Shown: positions 35,520 through 48,900 of the stretch, piece after piece
Position numbering within the stretch: the first letter of the stretch is position 1
Layout: every line of letters begins with the position of its first letter
Assembly: GCA_964247055.1 (NCBI GenBank)
Contig: OZ176053.1
Location: forward strand, 11,718,001 to 11,782,000
From: Paragordius varius
Lineage: Eukaryota; Animalia; Nematomorpha
Length of the DNA stretch: 64,000 bases
Direction of reading: 5' to 3'
The notes under the pieces: generated by a model
Databases searched by the model: none
Seen by the model: the letters and a program-made list of their open reading frames with translations, nothing else
Told to the model about the DNA's origin: nothing
Translations under genes and position numbers: made by a program

Positions 35520-36656
35520 TATATCTTGTATTAATTTATATAAGTTAAGAATCCTAGAATCTCAAAATTTACAAATGATTTTTTATTTTTGGCGCATGAA
35601 AAATGCTGTTTGCATTCATAAAACCCATAATATAAGTAGTGCCTAATTTATCTATTTATCATAGCACATAAAAAATGTTTTTTAAAAAAAGTTGAAATGG
35701 CTTTTCTTTGATGTTGTAAATAAAATATACTTGTTTCACCAGAATGGTATTTTTTAAAGAATTCTTTTATTTTTTCGCATTTTATAAGATACAAAGACCC
35801 TATAAGAAAAATAGTTTTATATATAAAATATTTATATGAATGGAATCAGGAACATTTTAACCAAGGACGCAACCTTAAAAAGATTCATTAAACATTTTAA
35901 AAACTTTATAATTTAAAATGTATACCAGGATACGAAAAACGAAATACTTGGAGTATAAATTGATATTTGACTAAACTTTAAATATTAATGTTTTCAGAGG
36001 CTCAACTTAAAAGTTATTTAGACGGGTTTAATATGTTTATTAACACTGAGGATTTATACTGTAAATTTCATATTAAATTGCTTATATTCACTTTTTTGTG
36101 TAATTCAATCTATAAGGAGAGTTATCGTTATAGCTAAAAGTGTATCCTCGGATTCAAAATAAAGAAAATCCCATTTTAATGCACAAAATTTTTAAGAAAA
36201 ATGTTATAATCCAAAAAAACTTTGACTGATACATAAGCTTAAATAATATATAATTGATGCCTATATTAAAAACACAAATTAGTATTAACAATTTTATTAT
36301 AATATTTTTCTTAATATTAGGGAGTTTCCGGTTTTGACCGTGACTGCTTATGAAAATAATATTCATTTTTTTAGGTTATAACGTGATTTAAAATTGAAAT
36401 AAAGTAACGGTATAAAACCTTAAATAAAATAAAAATATTTTTATCTTTTCATTTGTTTCTCAAATATAATATTTTAAATTTTTAATGGCTAACATCCCTT
36501 TTAATTAAGATTATATTATCAAAATTGGGGTATTAGTTGAAAAGCTAAGGCATAAGCGGTTGTCATTTTTAACCGGTTATAACCCCAACCCCAGTAATAA
36601 TTATTGTAATAAAATTTATATCTTTTTTCATAAATATATGTGTAATTTTAGTCGCC

Positions 36657-36940
36657 ATGCAAGTTCTTGAAAGCTTTTGGCATGAAAAGCAAATTACGGA
36701 ATCATCGACTGTAGTACCCAATAATTATTTCGTCAGGTCTGATCAAAATAATGATCATACTTTGGATAATAATTCATTAAAAGCAGTGTCAAACAGATTT
36801 GATTTATACAATAATTATGTTGATTACGCTAAATTTTGGCCACAAAATCCAATTATACATGTTAGACCAACTCAAATAAACAATGTCGTCATCCCCATAA
36901 CCCATTTCGGAAGGGCAAAAACAAGAAGATTTGATTATGG
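36657..36940 (+). CDS. Ig-gene first traced coding exon
   Basis: ttttag|TCGCCATG; donor GG|gtattt, phase 2, matches 37972. Confidence 0.7.
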
Positions 36941-39900
36941 GTATTTTTTTTGATGTTTTTCGATCATTAGGAAAAATATATTAATTTAGGTATTATATAT
37001 TTGCAAAATATTTGGAAAAAACTGCATCTTAAGTTAACTCTTACGTCAACTTTTTATGGACTAAGTCGCAATGGTATCAAACATGTATTGTCGCTTTTTA
37101 AGTAAGTATTTTTACAAATAGTACTTAAACCCAAAAAAGAAATATATTTTTATATGATTATTTTTCGGAAAATTCCAAAAAATAATAATATTAAACAATA
37201 AATTAATAAAAACTTGATGAAAAATGGAATATCTATTAAATATTGTAATTAGCTTATTTTACCTTCGTTTTATATAAATGAAGATAAGATTGATTTTGAT
37301 TGATGAGCAAAAAACATATTTTTATCAGTGGTAAATATCCAAAAAGCCAAAACATATTTCCAAAAAATAAGATGTCAATCCAAATATTAAATCGAATGTA
37401 AACCAATAATTATAGCTCTTACGCAAATTATTTTTTATTTATGGTTAACCAATTGTAAAATGAATCGAATATTTTATTTAGATATATTTGCACTCCAATA
37501 CTCCCAAAATTGTTCGATACTGTTTAACAATCAGTAGATAATCAGAAAAATCCAAAAGATAAACAGATTTGATTCTAAAGTTTATGGTTGAAAAATAATT
37601 TAAATATGTGAAAGGGAATGTATTGTTTTTGATTTTCAAATTATTATCATATTCGTTCCCCCTTTCGATCAAAATTTAAAGTAATCTGTATAGTATGAAA
37701 TATTACTTACATAACCAAAATAACTCTTCTTTTGAACTATGTCTCTGCTTGATCTATTATTTCTTTATGTCAATTCTATTAAAAATTATATTTTAAAAAA
37801 TAAGGGTAAGTCTGGAAAAGATATATAATCTCAAAATGAATAATTCAAGTAAATATTGTAAAAAATTTGCATTTTTTTCCAAAAAGTTATTTAAAAGCAC
37901 TTGTGTAACCGACTCATGTCTCTTTATCTATATTTGCAAAAAGAATAAATATTTTTTGATGCTTATTGTAGAAAACGGATCCAAAATTATCACTCCATGG
38001 TGTCGTTAAATAATTTTGAACGGTTTGTTACGAATGTGTTTGAAGCAGAACGTGCAAATTTTTTCGAAAAATGTCGGCAACCAAAAATGGCCGGGGATCG
38101 AATTTATTTTAACAATGAATTAACTAGCGAGAATTATTGTGATGAGGAAAATTATAAAAATTATAATGGGCCTAGGATACAACCAAAAAAAATTATTCCA
38201 ATAATTAGGACATATAGTGAGTTGCGCTTGTCAAACTATTATCCTCAGCCCGAGGGTCAATGTCTTCCTAAAATAAAGAATGATGCGCATATTAAAACAA
38301 GTTTAAAAAATGGTAAATGTACAAAATTACCACGAGGTGAATCAAATAAAAATCACCATTCAATTAATCATGAGTGCAAAATAATTACCTCAGAAAATGA
38401 ATTTGTTAAATTTACGGACAGTAGTAGCACACCCATCCCAATCAATTATTCGACACCAATGGTAACCCATAAACAATTAAGAAGCAATGTTAATAATGCA
38501 TTGGAAAATGATACATGCTCATCTTCTAATGGTTACAATCTAAGTTCCTCCCTTTCGACCAAAAGTTACTACGGGAAAGAAAGAAAAATATCAAGTGAAA
38601 AGCAAGATTTTTATATACAGCGATGTGGATCGAAATATTTTGAACGGGCTGAAACGGTTCCGGAGGAATTTTTTTGCCTACCCGAATTGGAGTTAAAAAC
38701 TATTCAAAGTTCCCCAGCCGATACTGTTACGAGAAAGGATACCAATAAAAAGTATACACCACCTCAAGCAGAAAGCACTCGTATAATTCCTAATGATATG
38801 GTAACACCCAAAAATAAAAGGCAATATACCTTGATACCAATTCAAACCCTAAAAAATGAATCACATCAAATCAAACACAAGGGTGATATGATTGGATTTG
38901 TTGTAGGAGAAACCATTATCCTTAAATGTGGCTTAATTCCTTACGATTCTTACAGCAAAGTTTGGAAGGATAGCGCTGAATTAGACTCCAGTCATCATCA
39001 TATATCTGTCGAATGGTATAAAAATAATATAAAAATAAATTCACCAATTGACACCACAACGCATGAGATAAGGGGGAAAGATGGTGAAACGCGAATTCGG
39101 TATTATAATGATTGCATTATAGTATTTTTAAACAATTGTGTTACTACAATAAATCATTTCATTCCTCTTTTTAAAGCAAACTTTGCAATTAGCTGACACT
39201 TGTAGGATATGTTTGAATTTGTTAAAAGGTTTTTTAAAGCAATTACTTTAATTAAGACTAATTTATATTTAATGTCACGAGTCAAATATACGGTAAAAAC
39301 ATCAATAAAACTATTTATCCTTAAGACACTCATTGATTTTTGAAAATATTGTAGTCTTATCTTTTAAAGGATTGAAAAATTGACAAAATTTACGGCATTG
39401 ATCATTATGGATTGTATGAAAGAAGATTCGGGTGTGTATGAATGTCGAGTTGAGTTCTGCAAAGCCTCTGACGATAATCTCAAATCTAAACGAGTATACA
39501 AATGGGAAATAGACGTTCTAGGTAATGTCAAAAATTTATTTATATTCTAGCAATCATATTTTTTCAATAAAATATGATTATTGTGCTATTTAATATCAGA
39601 GATGCGGTATTATACCGAAATTTCCATTGATTTTTGTCATTAAAAGATCCTTCTTGTTGGTTCTTTAATAATTTCAATGCAAATTTAATTTTACAAAAGT
39701 TATTCTAATTTTGGAATTCCAATGTAAGAATTTTGGTAAATAAAAAACTTATTTGTTAGTATATTGGTAATTTTATTTTATATTTTATATGCAGATGTAA
39801 AACCTAATATGATGGAGAAACGGTAATTTATTTTTATATTAAATGGTTTAAGTGTTTGCGGGTTAGGTTTGCCCGCATATGAATTGCCATTATGACCGTG

Positions 39901-42900
39901 ATTGTAAACTATTTCATAAGTAACCAGTCAACAAATTAAAACATATGTTTAGCATTATAATAATAAAATGAAAAAATTAAATTCTATGTAAATTTTATCA
40001 AAATCATTAGAAAAAATTATGATAATTTCATATTGAAGACTGGTTATGACCGTGATTGAAACGGTTAGAATTTTTGCTGGTCACCTAACCCTAAATCTGA
40101 TATTGGTATAAAAAATAATTAGATTTTGCTCTGTACTTGATATTCTTGACCCATTTTTACATCTTTCTGGAATGATTTTTTTGTATCACGAAATTATCTT
40201 TAGGCTGATTTTTAACTTTGCTGGACTAATTATATAAACTTGTATTTGTTTGTTTTGAATTAGCTCTTTGTAATTTTTTGTGCGGTTCAATGTTTGCAAA
40301 TTATTTAAATATTATACACCTAATATTCTTTATTTGCATAATTTTTGAGATTCAATCATATTATGCTGCTTTAATTTTTTTTAACTATCAATCATTGTTG
40401 TTTTGGAAGTAAAGGTTTCGGACTCTCTATAAAAAAATTTGAGCGAATCCACTTAAGTTAAATAAAAATTTCAAAAAGCCATACAAATTAATTAAAATGA
40501 ATATAATTTGGATATAATTATTTTTTCTTTTCCATGTTATATATTTCCTAAAAGTACTAAAAAACTTGGTAATTAAGATCAATCCGCTAAAATATCCGTG
40601 AAAACATAATGTCCATAATACAATAACGTTATTGTATAAACCCACATATTACCCTTAAATATTTATTTTAACACCATTATATTTATAAAAGAAGGGCCTA
40701 ATCAAATTTTCTGATTATAAAATCCTAATGAAAAAGCATATTTAAATTGGTAACGGAGTGAATTGTTGTTGAGAGTATAGTATACTCCTAAATTTTAAAG
40801 TTAGGTATTTTAAATATTTGTAATCAGAGGTAATATGAAAGGCCGCGTTTAAATGTATTTTAGCATTGAAAAATATATTGTTCAATGATAATCATTAAAA
40901 ACTTTGATTTTTAGACCTTTATTTTGTGAAAAAAATCACGAAATACACATTAAATTGTGTGTAAGCACTTACCTATATTCCATTTTATTACACCTAATTA
41001 ATTTAAGAGTTTAATTTAAAAGGTTTAGAATACCACTTAGTATAGATGTTAAAGAATTCGTTGAAAGCTTTTATTAAAGCTTCCTTGTGATTTTTATTAA
41101 ATTTTTATTCATTTATCATTTAAAACCATTGATATTCAGAGTGATACATAATAATAAGAAAAAGACAGCTTTAAACCCCACTACAAGAAATATTCCAACC
41201 TTGTGGAACTGCCAAAATTCTGAAAATGGTAAACAAGAAAATCAACAAGGTGACTCTATAGAACCCTGTTATCTTCACCAACAGAAAACAATTAAAGTTA
41301 TGTTTGAGAGTCACGCAAATACATATGAAGTGGAATGGTGTCATAATTTAGAACAAATAATTGAAGGTAAATGCGCTGTTTTGAACTTTTGATAACCTAT
41401 TTTTTGTGTGAAAATTCTTTATATATATTTCCCCTTTAATAAATATTTATATCAATTTTAATGTGCACCTTTAATATTTTTTTTCGATAAATTAAGATGA
41501 AAGAACTCACATCCTAGTAACTGATACCTATACCGCCATAATGATTGATTCGCTAACGAAGCAAGATGCTGGGATTTATACTTGTAAAGTTACAAATGAA
41601 TATGGATCAGCTTATGAATCCAGACTATTAACAATACAAAATGGTATTTAGTGCTAATGTTTAAATACCAAATAACCTTAATTCCATATTTTATTGGAAA
41701 AATTTTACCAAATTTGGTTCGTTTTGTTAATAGGTAACAAAGATAATCGGATTCAATAAGTATTTTTAGAGGGGAAAGGCAGATCTAAATAAAGATTAAT
41801 TCTAAGTTGAAATAATGTTTTCAATAATACTAACTTTTACAGTAACTGATATGAAATAAAGAAAGCTATTATTGAAACCGTTATTTAGATCAAATCTAGA
41901 AAACCAAATAAATGTATATTTTCTCCTTTTGAGGACTTAATGCCATTTATCAAAATATGATTTATGCAATATAATTTTAATTTTTTGGGAGTTCACCGTT
42001 TTACCTTTTAAAATTAGCTTTACTGTAATATTTAAATTATTTTTGAAGAAGCTACTTATTGATAATGTAACAATATAATCGGGCTGTAAACGATAAAAGG
42101 ACAGAAAACACAATCTGATCTAATAAACTATCAAAATTATAAAATGCATGACTTTGGAATCGATCATCGTCAAAAACCTCTTTGAAGAAGTGGTCATGGA
42201 ACCAAAACCTGATCACTGAATTAAGTAATTTGATTGTCGGTTCTATTCCCTGAAGTTTAAGATTGCAAATCAATATTTTGAGTGGGGTAAAAAAAAATGT
42301 TTATTTTTAATGGCGTATTTACAAAATTTTCAATTAAAATGTACATTCAGAAGCTTTTTTTAATTAAATAAAATGGCACATATTAAGTTCCGTTGTATTA
42401 TTTAAAAATTATATAATATCCTCCTAAACCTTTTTAGAGCATTTAAAAAATGGATCAAATTTTAAATATCAATATATAAAAAATAGATATTTGGCTTTCA
42501 AATGCCTTGCTATCCATATTTACTGCAAAAAGATAGTTTGTGCCGCCATCACTTAGACCTGTATTTTGATAATACTTTAAATTAGCTGTTTCAACTGTCA
42601 TACGACAACCATATGGCACAAGGCGTAGTATCTTAGGGACTTTGCGGGCAGCATCTTTATTCATATTTCAACGATCTTTTGAAAAATCTATGAGAGCATG
42701 TATAAAAAATTTATAATTCAGTGAAAAGTGTTTAAAATGCATGCATGATAAAATTTGTTCCATATCCTTTAGAAGTTGGGTTTCATCAACATTTTTAGTT
42801 AAGAATCAGCTATAGCATTATCGAAAAAAATTATTCTAATTTTAACTTTAAAAAAAATACTGGTAATGTGCCCTATTTTCCTTTTTTATAGAAAATATTC

Positions 42901-45900
42901 GCCGTATATTCCCAAGTTATTATTTGGTCTAATTATAAATAAATATACTTATCCGTTAAATTACACATTATCAGTTTTAATGGGTGTATACTGTGCTCTC
43001 ATCAAAAAATAATAAAAATGACATAAATCTAATCCTAAGATTGCTTATTTACGGTTACCTATCATTGTATTTTATTGAAAACTTTTTCTTACTTTGAGTA
43101 TTTAAACGTACTTTCAATCTAATGTTTTCCTCTAATTTATATAATTTATATAACCTTGGATAATTTGGTAAAACCCCTTTGACTTAGTATAGATTTTGCC
43201 CATCTTTCAGATAAATATGAATGCCGTGTTAGAAAAACCGAATGAACCATAAGTCAAGCCATTTTCTAACATCTTTGAAATTCGTGCAGTGCTGCTCGGT
43301 GAGGGTGTACCCCATTGATGGGAAGTTGTATAAGTCAGATGGGGCCAGGTTATAATAGTTTAGAGGGTGCAAAGGAGTTTTTTTATCAAAGCGATAAGGT
43401 GTCCTTCACTCGTTTTTACTATAAGAGTGTTATGTAGCACAATCACTTTGACATGTCTTCTGTTCAATTCTCCATTTTTGATTAATGCACATGGTTTAAA
43501 TCAATCATTTTAGCGATAGCGTTGTGCATTAACGGTTTTCTCGGTTTTTAAAAGTTGCTAATACACAATTTGGCATTGGCGTCGATGGACCGGCTTATAA
43601 AAGTGAAAGCCACAATTTCTCGCTTTGGATGTAAATGTGTTCACTTCTCCTCACTCGTCCTAAAGGCAAAAATGATTTCTTTTCGTAACGATGAAACAGG
43701 ATTTCACATATGTATTTTTCATGTATTTCTTGTTTTTTGTGATAAATGTAATGCTTCTGCTAGGTTGCGTTTATGTCGAATCCTCATCCAAAAGCTTTTG
43801 CACTGTAGCATCTTCGGAGTTGTGTGGTTTACCCGAGCGCCCACACTCTTTAGCCTGAAATCTATTTTGACACTATGTTTCATATGTGTAATCGATAGAG
43901 CACCATATGTTTCTGCCAAATGCAATAACTTTCAACATCCTATATCATTGGCACGCAATTCGATATGATAATTAAAATTATTAAAAAACTCTACCTTTTG
44001 GTAGCGTGTTTGTCGTTTAATGTTAGATGAACAAAATGGGTTTCATTAAATTAATCGACTGCGTACTTTTCACTGTTTTCTTAGTTAACCCTTAATCGCT
44101 TGTGACTACTCCTGAGATGATTTTAAAATATTTAATAGTTTTAGAAATTTATTGCATCCGCAAAAATACAAACCGCATATCAAATAACTTATGAAGATCA
44201 CCTTAAAATGTCATAAAATATTTGTTGCTAATGTTTGCAAATAAAACATTTGTGAAGGCTTTTACTCATGATAAATGATAAACAAAACTCATCAATCATC
44301 ATATCATACCTCTTTAGGATATATCTTAAAAGGAAATAATGAAATTTAATGTTTGCTGTGAAGAACTCTGACAAACTAAATACCACAATATTTTTATAAG
44401 AAAATACTTACGGTAGTGTATGATAAAAAACAGCAAATTAATTAAATTTAACATTTTTTTTCTTATCCTTTAACATTAATTTTGTTATAGAATTATGGCA
44501 AACTTTCTTATATACAATATGCTACTGTATATAGGAGTCTACAGCATTCTTTAATGCGTATAGTCATTAAAAACATTTATATTTGCTGGCTACCTTTTGC
44601 TTCTCTTACAAAGGACAAAATTAGGCTGAAAAATAGGATAGAAATGGTTTTATCTTGCCTGACACACATCTAATTTTCATGAAAATTTTTGATACATTAT
44701 TTACTTAATTTTACCATTTTTTTCTCTTAATATATATAAATAAAATTTTTAATTACAAGAATGTAAATTGGGTAAGAGATAGTCGAATATTGCGAATGCT
44801 TAGCTTTTTATCATCACATACTGAGTCAACAGATCGATTTGCGGAATCAAAAAGGTGTGCAAATAATTCCAATTTTGAGAAATCGCATAACCGCCGAAAA
44901 TTTCGTTATAAAAAGTTGGAATCTGCTCTAAATAAGAATAAAATTATGAAATCAAAGGATTTACAAAATGAAATCGGTACATTTGGAGAAGACAAATCAT
45001 TAATATCAATGAAACAATATGCAAGTCGTGAGAAAAACACGGAGAACTCGCTACCACCTAATGAACAACATTCTGACACTTCAACCATAAAAGCTAAATG
45101 GCAAAATTTCCTAGGTTTGGATTCTGTCACAAATGACATGTCCAAAACATCGTTTGAAAATGAAAATCTTATTATGCGTTGGTTAAAAAATCAACAAAAC
45201 AACACATATTATCATAAAAACAATAAAAACAGTAAAAGTTATAAAATTGTTCCAGATGCCGCAAATATGGAGATGCCTTCCACATGGCTCTACGGCCGAA
45301 TATCATATGAAAATTCTAATTTTTTATTGTATCCCGATTGTCTCATAAAATCGGGTATATAAAATTGCGAAAATTATTTAGTACTTTTAATTTATTACCA
45401 TTTACTGTTTCAATTTTGAAATTTAGCATTCAAATAGAGATATATTTCCAATTTCATTTAAATATCCTATTTTTATGCATATGACAAAACATTGTATTTT
45501 TTTAGCCCACGTTAGATTTTAAACCATACTTACGTTTTTTAATCCATCCAACATTTATATTTATTTTTTAATTTATAATTTTTTCTCCCATTTAAATTCC
45601 ATATTAATTAAGATGATCAGGATATTCGGTATTTTGGCTAATATACATTTACTATTTCCTCTTTGTATACCTTCTACCCCTTAAGCAATTTTAAAATTAT
45701 ACATCTTTAATTCTTAAAATACAGACCATTTTTTCATGCTCTTTCTGTATTCTACTGAAGTAAAATTGAGGGATTTTCAGAAATGGCAGTCAAAAAAGTC
45801 AAAATTTGTTGGTATAATGAGTTATCGGAAATGTGGATAAATGCGTCAACATTTGACGATATTTTAATAATTTAACGTTGCTAGGACCAAGGGGCTTTTA

Positions 45901-48900
45901 TTTTTCCAAGTATATGCTAGAAATTTGGCACCAGAAAAAATAGGGGTGTCATACTAAAGTAGCCCACCGCAAATGATTCCTATGCCACTTACCACACTCT
46001 AAATAATAATTTAACAGTTTAATCTTGACATTTCTAATTATTGTTCATAAATTTATTTTATACATACAGATGAAACTGATAGCCCAACTCCCCCACCTGT
46101 ATATCAACGAATTAAACCAAAGTTTTCCAAACATTTTATGTCGTCATGGAAAAATACTGGACATTCTGTCGTCGGTTCGAATGGGGCGGCAAAGAATATA
46201 AAAGGAGAACAAATAGATGAATGTGGAGATTGGATTAATATTAAAATTGGACATGACTTGCACCTAGAGGCTAAGATCTCTGCTATCGATATTGAATCTG
46301 GAAATATCGTAAATATGGCTAATATAGCAAACCCTAAACCCGACAATCAAAACTTTTATCCGTTCCGTTATGAATGGTACAGAAATGGACAACTCACTAT
46401 GATAGGTTTGTTTTATCTTTGGAATTGATTTCCCCTATAAATAAATGTAATTGATAGAAGAATATCATGAAATATTATTTTGATATGTTTAATTATTTTG
46501 GCCTTTATAATTGTGTCTGATTCTTTAGAAGCTTTACCAATTACCGTACTTTGCCACGCCGGTATTATCGTGGTTGAAGCCAAAAATGTAAATCAATTAG
46601 TCAACGGGACCTATAAATGTCGGGTTTGGAATGAATTTGGAGAGGATTATTCAGTTTTTGTTGTAAACTGTTTGGATCAACCAGGTTAGGGCTTAGAAAA
46701 TATAAAATCCCATTTTAATTATGGTATTCATATAATAAAAATCAAGTATTTTGTATACAGATGGTCGCATTTAAATTTTTAAGCCTTATCTTAGCAGATC
46801 TAAATTGTTATAATTTGAATAACGAAGGAAATCGGTGTGGCCCTGAGATGCTGTCACAGGGGCTTTTTAAATATGATTGTTAATAATGCAAAGTATTTTT
46901 ATTACGTCTCCTATGCATAAATGACTGATAGATAACAGCCCTATAATAGAAATCTAATCTCTGGCACAATAAATATATACTACTGATGTTATGATCATTA
47001 TCTATTTTATAAGTTTTTAAAAATAAAAAACCGGGTCAAGATATATATCCTATCAACTTTTTGGTCTAGTTTATTAAGTGAGACTATCCTGACGACTAAA
47101 ATTATATTAAATAAATATAAAATGCTGCATCCATCGCAAAAATTTATTAATCTTGTTTCATCTGTCAAAAACCTTTCCTATATAACAAATTCAATATAAA
47201 AATTTTATAAATTTGCAATCATTTTAAACATATAAATATATGGCATTTGTGAGGGCATTAACATTTAAGCCCAGTTGGTTTTGGATGAATTCAATATAAA
47301 AAAAATTCTATCAATCTGCTCAAAAATCCGCATTTTTATGCAGTCTATTCATATTAGTTATATAAATAAATCAAAATTGTAGTGATAAGTTTGTTTCCCA
47401 AAAAATAAAAGATGCATTCATTATACTTTCAAAGAAATATATAATCTAAATCAACATACTTGGGGTTTATCTGGTTTACGTCTGTATATGCTAAGTTTTA
47501 AATAAACACTACATATTTATTATAAGTAATATTTTGTCTATTAACTGAAAATTATTTTGATAATATTTTTTTATATATATAATAAATTAATTATTGGATT
47601 TTAATATTTTTTTACATAGGGTTGATTTCGTTATTAATTTTTGTAATAATAAATAAGGTTCGATACGAATAAAAAATTGGAAACGAAAGCTTTAAGGCAT
47701 CTGTTTAAACGCGCAAAAGCTTCTCTGTAATGTTAAACACACGAAAAAAAAATTTAGAACATCATAACTGCTGAACCTAAATCACTATTAACAGTATACA
47801 TCCTATATCGTATATATTTTATATAAATTATAATCAAATTATATAACTTCTTCCTTAAAATCATTTTTTGTCTAAATGTTTGTTGATGAATGCTATAATT
47901 TAACATTTTTTGATTTTTTAAAATCTTTATTGCTACAAACTAATCACCAATCAACATTATACCAATATATATATACACCTTATAAATATCATGGATTTAA
48001 ACATCAATTCCAACAAAGGGTAAATTTAATTATTGTTGGAAGATTTGTTTAAAAGAGGGGTGTTCATCACAAATGGTTTCGAGGGTCACATTTTTGAGTT
48101 AGAAACCCAACGGATTGTATTTGAAATATATATGGGCATTAATAAATGTTTTAATAGATTTTAAACATATAATTATAAAAACACAATATAACATTATTTT
48201 CTAGTTCGTTGCCTATTTATAAACTTATTCAGAAAATTTCTTTAAGAAATATCAATTTTACTATGATTTTGCTAGCATATTTTTGCAAATTATGGATTCA
48301 AATGGCGGGAAAGGGTGTTTCACACCCTTGGTTTAATAGCTATTATTACCGTTGAAGCGGTATCACATTGGATATTTGATAGACGGACACTGCATGTTAA
48401 AAATAAAAAAACGGCCAAGCAAACCTTTAAGACTTTTGACACCTTAATCATATATCTATTAAAAAAAGTTTTAAATGATGAACAAATAATTTGAATTTAT
48501 ATAATATGTTAAATTTGATTATTTTGTCATTTTCTGGTAACGACTTCCATTTGTTCCGTTAGTGTGAGCCATAGAATATTAGTATTGAAAATTTTTATTT
48601 TTCAAAAATATTAATTTAGGGAATGTTTTAGCTCGATTTGGCATATAGCAATATTAAGTTGGACCATTGTTAAATTGAAATTACTTTTTTATTGGTGCAT
48701 CTCCAAATATATTATGTCTGTATGCGTTGGAAATCCCCCTTTACAACATTATTAAATATTAAAATTGTGAGAATTACGCATTGTATTTATGAAATTTATT
48801 AAAAAAAATATTTTTTCGATAAAGACTTTACTATAAAAGTCGAAAATTAAAATATATATTTTTTATATTTGTACGCATTTCAGCTTAATTTTTTAATAAA

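Noticed and set aside
42052-42664. P-element/THAP9 or piggyBac transposase relic as the explanation of these ORFs
   Set aside because: Only a vague resemblance; no catalytic motif, inverted repeats or target duplication seen, and the ORFs are joined by an in-phase intron. Kept as a nested-gene candidate instead.
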